Source: an uncultured bacterium (lineage in GTDB: Bacteria; Pseudomonadota; Gammaproteobacteria; Steroidobacterales; Steroidobacteraceae). Taken from it: a stretch of DNA of 64,000 nucleotides. Under the pieces are notes generated by a model that worked only from the letters and a program-made list of their open reading frames with translations, made no database searches and had not been told where the DNA came from. Below are positions 57,813 through 64,000 of the stretch, in pieces. The stretch spans positions 48,151 through 112,150 of the forward strand of contig CBFGXE010000003.1 in NCBI GenBank assembly GCA_965652645.1, in the 5' to 3' direction. The first letter of the stretch is position 1. Every line of letters starts with the position of its first letter. A program made the translations under genes and the position numbers.

Positions 57813-58895
57813 GTGCTGAACGTTGCGCTGCAAGTGGCGCGCGGGCGTTTTGCACTGGATGCGCGCTTCGCCTCGCCCACGCCCGGCGTCACCGCCCTGT
57901 TCGGCCGCTCCGGCTGCGGCAAGACCACGCTGGTGAATGCGCTGGCGGGCCTGCTGCCCACGCGCGGCAGCATCGAGCTCGACGGGGAGACCTGGCTGGA
58001 CAGCGCCCGCGGCATCGGCGTGCCGGCCGAGCGGCGTCGCATCGGCTATGTGTTCCAGGATGCGCGGCTGTTCCCGCACTACACAGTGCGCGGCAACCTG
58101 CTGTACGGCGCACCACAAGGTGGCGACGTGCGCAGGTTCGACGACGTGGTGGAGCTGCTGGGGCTGGCCGGCCTCCTGGCACGCCGTCCCGGCTCGCTGT
58201 CCGGCGGCGAGCGCCAGCGCGTGGCGCTGGGCCGTGCACTGCTTTCCGGGCCAAGGCTGCTGCTGCTGGATGAACCGCTCGCCTCGCTTGATGTGTCGCG
58301 TCGCGAGGAAGTGCTGCCTTACCTGGAGCGCCTGCGCGACGCCTTCGCCATCCCGATGGTGTTCGTCAGCCACCAGTTCGACGAGGTGCTGCGCCTGGCC
58401 ACGCACCTGGTCGTGCTGGATGAAGGACGCGTGGTGGCTGCCGGCAGCATCGGCGCGGTGAGCCTGGAGCCGGCGCTGCGCGCCATCGTGGGCGTGGATG
58501 CCGTGGGCGCGGTGGTGGACGGCACGGTGGAAACCGTATCGCCCGACCAGGGCCTTTCAACGGTGCTGATCGGCGCCGACAGCCGCCTGTTCGTCAGCTC
58601 GTTGGCGCTGGTGCCTCGCCAGAAGGTGCGCCTGCAGCTGCTGGCGCGCGACCTGATCCTCGCCGTGGAGGAACCGCGCGGCCTGTCGGTGCGCAACCAG
58701 CTGCGCGGACAGGTGGTGTCCATCACGCAGGATGGCGGCGCCTGCCTCATCGCGGTGGACATCGGCGGCGCCACGCTGCTGGCACGCATCAGCGCCGCGG
58801 CCACGCGCGAGCTGGCGCTGGCGCCGGGCAGGCCGGTGTGGGCACTGGTGAAGGCGGTGTCGTTCAGCGCGCACCCGCACGGCGTGGGCAGGTAG
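57813..58895 (+). CDS. modC: molybdenum ABC transporter ATP-binding protein
   Basis: 360 aa from GTG 57813 (VLNVALQ), 1 nt after the modB stop. Walker A GRSGCGKTT, RRIGYVFQDARLFPHYTVRGNL, signature LSGGERQRVALGRAL, Walker B LLLLDEP, and a C-terminal TOBE/Mop-like domain. Confidence 0.9.
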   Translation: MLNVALQVARGRFALDARFASPTPGVTALFGRSGCGKTTLVNALAGLLPTRGSIELDGETWLDSARGIGVPAERRRIGYVFQDARLFPHYTVRGNLLYGAPQGGDVRRFDDVVELLGLAGLLARRPGSLSGGERQRVALGRALLSGPRLLLLDEPLASLDVSRREEVLPYLERLRDAFAIPMVFVSHQFDEVLRLATHLVVLDEGRVVAAGSIGAVSLEPALRAIVGVDAVGAVVDGTVETVSPDQGLSTVLIGADSRLFVSSLALVPRQKVRLQLLARDLILAVEEPRGLSVRNQLRGQVVSITQDGGACLIAVDIGGATLLARISAAATRELALAPGRPVWALVKAVSFSAHPHGVGR

Positions 58896-58913
58896 CCGCA
58901 CCCGCGCCACGGC

Positions 58914-60230
58914 TCACGCGCCGCGCTGGACCTCGCCGGCATGCAGCCCCTGCGCGCTGCGCGGCTGCACCAGCAGCTTGTCGATGACCAGCCCGTCCAT
59001 GTCCACCACCTCGATCGACAGGTCGCGCCAGGCCAGCTTCTCGCCGGGCACCGGCAGCCGGCCCAGGTGCCAGAGCACGAAGCCGGCCATGGTGTTGTAG
59101 TTGTCGCCGCGCGCCAGGTCCTTGCGGGCCAGCGCACGCTCGACCTCGTGGATGGACAGGTGGCCGTCGATCAGCCAGCTGCCGTCCTCGCGCGGCACCG
59201 CACCGGCTGCGTCGCGGCTGCCCATGTCCGGCAGGTCGCCGGCAATGGCCTTGAGGATGTCGGCCGGCGTGACCAGCCCCTCGATGCCGCCGTATTCATT
59301 GGTCACCACGCCAAGGTGCACGCTGGATCGGCGGAAGGTCTCCAGCAGCTTGAACACCGAGATGCTCTCGGGCACGTGCAGCGGCGGCTGCACGTCGGCG
59401 TCGAGGTCGAGGTGGCCGCGCCGCAGGGCCTCGCCCAGGTTCGCCAGCGACACCACGCCGATCAGCTGCTCGAGCTCCCCGCGGCAAAGCAGGAAGCGCG
59501 CATGGCCGCTGCGGCGCGCCTCATCCCAAAGCGTGGCCACCGGCTCGCCGGCATCCAGCCAGAGGATGTCGCCACGCGGCACCATGATGGAGCCGATGCT
59601 GCGGTCGGCCAGGCGCAGCACCGAGTCGATCATCTCGGCCTCGTGCCGGTGCAGCGCGCCGGTCTGCATGCCCTCGGTGGCCAGCGCGCGCACGTCATCA
59701 TCGGTGACTTCCGACTGGCGTGATTCCGCAGGCACCAGCTTCAGCAGCGCGTTGGTGGATCGCTGCAGCAGCCACACCAGCGGCGCGCCGAAGCGCGCGA
59801 TGACCTGCATGGGAATGGCCACCAGCACGGCCCAGCGGTCGGCATAGGCCAGCGCCAGGCGCTTGGGCACCAGCTCGCCGAGCACGATGGAGAAATACGT
59901 CATCACCACCACGATCAGGCCGTAGGCCAGTTCCTCGGCATAGGGCTCCATGCGCGGTTCCAGCGAGGTGAACCACGCCGCCAGTCCGGCCGAATAGGCC
60001 GCGCCGCTGTACACGCCGGTGAGGATGCCCACCAGGGTGATGCCCACCTGCACCGAGGAAAGCAGTCGCGTGGGATCGGACAGCAGGATGAGCGCGGCCT
60101 TTGCGCCGCGATGCCCCGACTCGGCCAGGGCCTTCAACCGCGAGCGGCGCGCGGAGACCAGCGCCAGTTCGGCGGAGGCGAACAATCCGTTCAGGACGAT
60201 GAGGCCGAAGATGACCGCGGCAGCGCGCAT
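58914..60230 (-). CDS. hemolysin/CNNM family protein (DUF21-CBS pair-CorC_HlyC)
   Basis: 438 aa. DUF21 N-terminus IVLNGLFASAELALVSARRSRL, CBS region, and a C-terminal transporter-associated domain. Confidence 0.85.
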   Translation of the reverse strand: MRAAAVIFGLIVLNGLFASAELALVSARRSRLKALAESGHRGAKAALILLSDPTRLLSSVQVGITLVGILTGVYSGAAYSAGLAAWFTSLEPRMEPYAEELAYGLIVVVMTYFSIVLGELVPKRLALAYADRWAVLVAIPMQVIARFGAPLVWLLQRSTNALLKLVPAESRQSEVTDDDVRALATEGMQTGALHRHEAEMIDSVLRLADRSIGSIMVPRGDILWLDAGEPVATLWDEARRSGHARFLLCRGELEQLIGVVSLANLGEALRRGHLDLDADVQPPLHVPESISVFKLLETFRRSSVHLGVVTNEYGGIEGLVTPADILKAIAGDLPDMGSRDAAGAVPREDGSWLIDGHLSIHEVERALARKDLARGDNYNTMAGFVLWHLGRLPVPGEKLAWRDLSIEVVDMDGLVIDKLLVQPRSAQGLHAGEVQRGA

Positions 60231-60308
60231 CTAGGGGTGCGGTATTTCCATGCGAGCTGGCATCATAGCGCGCTTTCCGGCCCGTATTTCCGCAACGCAG
60301 CGCCCATC

Positions 60309-60629
60309 ATGAAAACCGTGCACACCTTCCGCGGCGTGGTGATGAACAAGCCCGTGAAACAGCCGCAGTCAAAGCCCGCCAGCACCGGGCCGGCGAAAAT
60401 CCGCGTGTCGCGCGAGACGGCCGGACGCGGCGGCAAGGGCGTTACCGTCATCACGGGCCTGCCGCTGGCCGGAGAGGCCCTGGAGGCGCTGGCGGCACAG
60501 CTGAAGCGCTCCTGCGGAGCGGGCGGTGCGGCCCGGGGAGACCGCATCGAAATCCAGGGCGAACACCGTGACCGGCTCGTGGCTGAACTGGTGCGACTGG
60601 GCTACGATGCAAAACGCGCCGGAGGTTGA
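60309..60629 (+). CDS. yciH: SUI1/eIF1-like translation initiation factor YciH
   Basis: IRVSRETAGRGGKGVTVITGLPL..LKRSCGAGGAARGDRIEIQGEHRDRLVAELVRLGYDAKRAGG is colinear with E. coli YciH. Start ATG 60309 or 60342. Confidence 0.85.
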   Translation: MKTVHTFRGVVMNKPVKQPQSKPASTGPAKIRVSRETAGRGGKGVTVITGLPLAGEALEALAAQLKRSCGAGGAARGDRIEIQGEHRDRLVAELVRLGYDAKRAGG

Positions 60630-60651
60630 CGCGCTGCCCCGGGAGACCGCC

Positions 60652-60927
60652 ATGTCCGCAAGAGTCCTGCCTGCCGCCCTGCTCGCCGCTGCCCTGCTGG
60701 GCCTCGGGGCCTGCGCCGCGCAGCCGGCTGCGCCACTGGCCGCCAACGACAACGCGGCCCCCGACCACGACAACTGCACACCCACCGGTTCGCGCATCCG
60801 CTCGCGCGACGGCGACTGCACGCCCAAGGGTTATCCCTTCCGCAGCTATTCAGCCGAAGAGCTGCAGAACACCGGCCAGATCAGCCTCGGTGAAGCGCTG
60901 CGGCAGATAGACCCGGCCTTCCGGTAG
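60652..60927 (+). CDS. small hypothetical lipoprotein
   Basis: 91 aa. MSARVLPAALLAAALLGLGACAA (lipobox). Duplicated CTP(T/K)G motif. C-terminal YSAEELQNTGQISLGEALRQIDPAF resembles the opening strand/helix of TonB-receptor plug domains. Confidence 0.5.
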   Translation: MSARVLPAALLAAALLGLGACAAQPAAPLAANDNAAPDHDNCTPTGSRIRSRDGDCTPKGYPFRSYSAEELQNTGQISLGEALRQIDPAFR

Positions 60928-60952
60928 CCAACACCGCGGGCGCGGCGGGAGT

Positions 60953-61420
60953 TCAGCGGCTCACCGGGCCTTGGAGGGCCGTGAGCGGCATCACCTCGAG
61001 CTGCACCGTGAATTCCGGCTCGCCACCGTCGAACTTGATGGTGAGCGGCACCTTCTGGCCGGGCACCAGCGCGGTCTTCAGCGCGCCGAGCATCAGGTGG
61101 ATTCCACCCGGCTCCAGCCGCAGGGTTTCTCCGGGCTGCACTGCCAGCATCGCCAGGGGCCACATGCGGGTCATGCCCTTCTCGTCGATGCTGGTGCGGT
61201 GCAGGGTGACCTCGTCGCTCACCGGGGAGACGACCTTCAGCAGCTTGCGCTCCTCGTCGCCCGAGTTGGTGAAGGTGAGGTAGCCGGCGGCGGTCTTCGC
61301 CCCCGGGGTGGTGGCACGGGCCCAGCCGCCGCTGGCCCTGACCTCGGCGAGGCTCGTCAGGGGAAGCGCCAGGCCCAGCGCCAGCGCCGCCAGGGCCGGG
61401 GTGCGGAATGCGGTGTTCAT
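60953..61420 (-). CDS. copper chaperone PCu(A)C
   Basis: 155 aa with a signal peptide. GGWARATTPGAKTAAGYLTFTN, HRTSIDEKGMTRM and GGIHLML (His/Met copper-ligand pattern of the PCuAC/DUF461 family). Confidence 0.85.
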   Translation of the reverse strand: MNTAFRTPALAALALGLALPLTSLAEVRASGGWARATTPGAKTAAGYLTFTNSGDEERKLLKVVSPVSDEVTLHRTSIDEKGMTRMWPLAMLAVQPGETLRLEPGGIHLMLGALKTALVPGQKVPLTIKFDGGEPEFTVQLEVMPLTALQGPVSR

Positions 61421-61477
61421 GCGTCCATTCTACCTCTAAGCTTCGCGCCCCATGTCCCGCCACCACCCCTGTTCCGC

Positions 61478-63421
61478 ATGCTGAAGTTCGACGCCGTCAC
61501 CCTGCGCCGCGGCCCGCGCGTGCTGTTCGCGGGGGCCAGTTTCAGCCTGTTCCGCGGCGAAAAAGTCGGCATCACCGGCGAGAACGGCAGCGGCAAGTCC
61601 AGCCTGCTGGCGCTGGTGCGCGGCCAGCTGCAGCCGGACGAGGGGCATTTCGAAATGCCCTCGAACCTGGCCATGGCCCATGTGGCGCAGGAGCTGGACG
61701 CCAGCGACCGGCACGCGATCGAGTTCGTGCTCGACGGTGACGAGGAGCTGCGCGAGCTGGAGGCCGGGATCGCCGCGGCCGAGGCCGCGCATGACACCGA
61801 CGGCACGCGCCTGGCCAACCTCTACACGCGTTATGCCGGCATCGGCGGCTACGACGCGCGCGCGCGCGCCGCGCGGCTCATGCATGGCCTGGGTTTCGCG
61901 ACCGCCGACGAGACGCGCGCGGTGCGCGAGTTCTCCGGTGGCTGGCGCGTGCGCCTGAACGTGGCGCGCGCGCTGATGTGCCGCTCCGACCTGCTGCTGC
62001 TGGACGAGCCCACCAACCACCTGGACCTCGACGCCATCGTGTGGCTGGAAGGCTGGCTGAAGGACTACCAGGGCACGCTGCTGCTGATTGCGCACGACCG
62101 CGAGTTCCTCGACCGCGTGGTGAACCGCATCGTCAACATCGAGCAGCAGAAGGCCACGGTCTACACCGGCAACTACAGCGACTTCGAGGAAACGCGCGCC
62201 GCCACGCTGGCGCAGCAGTCCGCGCTGCATGCCAGGCAGCAGCGCGAAATCGCGCACATGGAGGACTTCGTGCGCCGCTTCCGCGCCAAGGCCAGCAAGG
62301 CCCGCCAGGCGCAGAGCCGCATCAAGGCGCTGGAGCGCATGCAGCGCATCGCGCCGGCGCACGTGGACTCGCCGTTCGAGTTCAGCTTCGCCGAGCCGCT
62401 GAAGCTGCCGCGCCCGCTGCTGGCCATCCAGCAGCAGTCGGCCGGTTACGGGGACCGCGTGCTGCTGTCGGGCGTGAGCCTCACGGTGTATCCGGGGGAC
62501 CGCATCTCGCTGCTGGGCCGCAATGGCGCCGGCAAGTCCACGCTGATCAAGCTGCTGGCCGGCGAGCTGGAGCCACGCAGCGGCACGCGCGATGACGCGC
62601 GCGATCTTTCCGTGGGTTATTTCGCCCAGCACCAGCTCGAGCAGCTGGATCCCGCCGCCTCCGCGCTGCTGCACCTGCAGCGCCTGGCCCAGAAGTCGGG
62701 CCAGCGTCCTTCCGAGCAGGAGCAGCGCAACTACCTGGCGACCTTCGGCTTCCGCGGTGACCGCGTGTTCGAACCCGTCGGTCCCTTCTCCGGCGGCGAG
62801 AAGGCGCGCCTTGCGCTGGCGCTGGTGGCCTGGCCCAGGCCCAACCTGCTGCTGCTGGACGAGCCCACCAACCACCTGGACCTGGAGATGCGCCAGGCGC
62901 TGGCCATGGCGCTGCAGGAGTATGCCGGCGCAGTGATCATGGTGTCCCACGACCGCCACCTGCTCGCCACGGTGACCGACCGCTTCCTGCTGGTGGCGGG
63001 CGGAGCGGTGCAGGACTTCGATGGTGACCTGGACGACTACGCCCGCTGGCTGGCCAGGGGCGGGGCAGCGGCCCTGCCGAACACGTCGGCACCGGCAGGT
63101 CCCGCGCCGCAGAAGCCGCAGCAGAAACCACAGCAGGCGAAGCGCGAAGGCAGCGCGCAGCGCAAGCCGGAAGCCGCGGGACAGAAGTCCCTCTCCTCGC
63201 TGCGCTCGCGCCTGGCGCGCGTGGAGAAGAGGATGCAGGAGCTGGCGGTGGAGGCCGCGGAGCTGGATCGCGAGCTGGCGGACCCGGCGCTCTATGAACC
63301 GGGGGCGCGAACACGGCAGATGGACGTGACCGCCCGGCGCGCGCGCATCGCGCAGGAAACCGCAACCGTGGAAGCCGAGTGGCTGGAACTCACCGAGGAG
63401 CTGGAGCGCGCCTCAGCCTGA
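61478..63421 (+). CDS. yheS: ABC-F family ATPase, YheS-like
   Basis: 647 aa from MLKFDAVTLRRG (ATG 61478, frame-checked). Two ABC cassettes (GENGSGKSS; GRNGAGKST; two LSGG-type signatures FSGGWRVRLNVARAL and FSGGEKARLALAL). The linker FRAKASKARQAQSRIKALERM is nearly identical in pattern to E. coli YheS. C-terminal coiled coil. Confidence 0.9.
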   Translation: MLKFDAVTLRRGPRVLFAGASFSLFRGEKVGITGENGSGKSSLLALVRGQLQPDEGHFEMPSNLAMAHVAQELDASDRHAIEFVLDGDEELRELEAGIAAAEAAHDTDGTRLANLYTRYAGIGGYDARARAARLMHGLGFATADETRAVREFSGGWRVRLNVARALMCRSDLLLLDEPTNHLDLDAIVWLEGWLKDYQGTLLLIAHDREFLDRVVNRIVNIEQQKATVYTGNYSDFEETRAATLAQQSALHARQQREIAHMEDFVRRFRAKASKARQAQSRIKALERMQRIAPAHVDSPFEFSFAEPLKLPRPLLAIQQQSAGYGDRVLLSGVSLTVYPGDRISLLGRNGAGKSTLIKLLAGELEPRSGTRDDARDLSVGYFAQHQLEQLDPAASALLHLQRLAQKSGQRPSEQEQRNYLATFGFRGDRVFEPVGPFSGGEKARLALALVAWPRPNLLLLDEPTNHLDLEMRQALAMALQEYAGAVIMVSHDRHLLATVTDRFLLVAGGAVQDFDGDLDDYARWLARGGAAALPNTSAPAGPAPQKPQQKPQQAKREGSAQRKPEAAGQKSLSSLRSRLARVEKRMQELAVEAAELDRELADPALYEPGARTRQMDVTARRARIAQETATVEAEWLELTEELERASA

Positions 63422-64000
63422 GTCCTTCTCGGGGATGAGGTGTCCCGCCCGCTCGCGCTTGGTGCGCAGGTAGCGCGCGTTGTGCGTGTTGGGTTCGGCC
63501 AGCAGCGACTCCATCTCTTCCACGTCGATGCCGCGCGCGCGCAGCTCGCGCACCTTGTGCGGGCTGTTGGTGAGCAGCCGGATGCGCGTGAAACCCAGTT
63601 GCCGCAGCATGGTGGCGGCGATGGCATAGCTGCGTTCATCGGCCCTGAAACCCAGGTGCCGGTCGGCATCCACGGTGTCGAGGCCGGAGTCCTGCAGCTG
63701 GTAGGCACGCAGCTTGTTGGCAAGGCCGATGCCGCGACCTTCCTGCGCCAGGTAGAGCAGCACGCCGCCGCCCTCGTCATGCAGGCGTTTCACCGCCGTC
63801 TGCAGCTGCTCGCCGCAGTCACAGCGCAGGCTGCCCAGCAGGTCGCCGGTGAAACAGGAGGAATGCGCCCGCACCGGCACCACGGTGCCTGGATCCGGGT
63901 CGCCCACCACCACGGCCACATGTTCGCTGGCATCCCGCCGGTCGCGGAACAGCACCAGGCGGCTGTTCTCCTCCTCGCGCAGCGGTACCCGCGCCTCGCT
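63413..64000 (-). CDS. ribA: GTP cyclohydrolase II (N-terminus beyond window edge)
   Basis: VRAHSSCFTGDLLGSLRCDCGEQL (zinc Cys triad), EGRGIGLANKLRAYQLQD and RLLTNSPHKV. The frame is open to base 64000, so roughly the first 10-15 codons are missing. Confidence 0.9.
   Translation of the reverse strand, partial: SEARVPLREEENSRLVLFRDRRDASEHVAVVVGDPDPGTVVPVRAHSSCFTGDLLGSLRCDCGEQLQTAVKRLHDEGGGVLLYLAQEGRGIGLANKLRAYQLQDSGLDTVDADRHLGFRADERSYAIAATMLRQLGFTRIRLLTNSPHKVRELRARGIDVEEMESLLAEPNTHNARYLRTKRERAGHLIPEKDSG

Noticed and set aside
60242-60291. 8-mer GTATTTCC repeated 42 bp apart in the CNNM/yciH divergent spacer.
   Set aside because: This is a single short repeat pair without symmetry or an obvious promoter relationship, so it is likely chance. 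It is not strong enough to report as a site.

Overview
High-GC chromosomal segment (clearly above 60% by eye, not computed). Gene content looks like a Xanthomonadales-type gammaproteobacterium; this is an inference from the MopB-like OmpA with a polyproline/thrombospondin linker, a large TonB-dependent receptor, LemA-TPM-TPM and PCu(A)C. I can support about 54 protein genes, packed tightly with many 1-17 nt overlaps of the ATGA, GTGA and TGATG types. I found no rRNA, tRNA, CRISPR array, transposase or integrase, and only one canonical intrinsic terminator (after ompA). Left to right: MscS, glpD, plsB and an alpha/beta-hydrolase-like gene; a sheath-like gene and an L,D-transpeptidase; lemA-TPM-TPM; an RND efflux operon (adaptor, pump, outer-membrane factor) followed by a soluble GAF histidine kinase and a NarL-type regulator; greB; a polyamine/sulfur divergon (GST-hss and rhodanese-speA); a UvrD-like helicase and a Nudix hydrolase; a seven-gene overlapping operon (M32 carboxypeptidase, ttcA, Cys-phosphatase, HExxH peptidase, ATP-grasp ligase, CpcT-like lipoprotein, lone LptF/G-type permease); a second RND pair; a glycogen cluster (glgA, malQ, GH57, glgC, glgB, glgP) with an embedded LEA_2 lipoprotein; DUF192, ompA and the TonB-dependent receptor; fbp, modBC, a CNNM/TlyC protein, yciH, PCu(A)C, yheS and a partial ribA. 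The two loci most worth follow-up are (1) a divergent, apparently orphan contractile-sheath homologue that looks co-transcribed with plsB and cell-wall genes, beside a hydrolase-fold protein lacking its nucleophile serine, and (2) the ATP-grasp / zinc-peptidase / phosphatase / carboxypeptidase operon, which may be an uncharacterised peptide-ligation or peptide-tagging system linked to the envelope. All functional calls come from reading the supplied translations against remembered family motifs; no database search was run.
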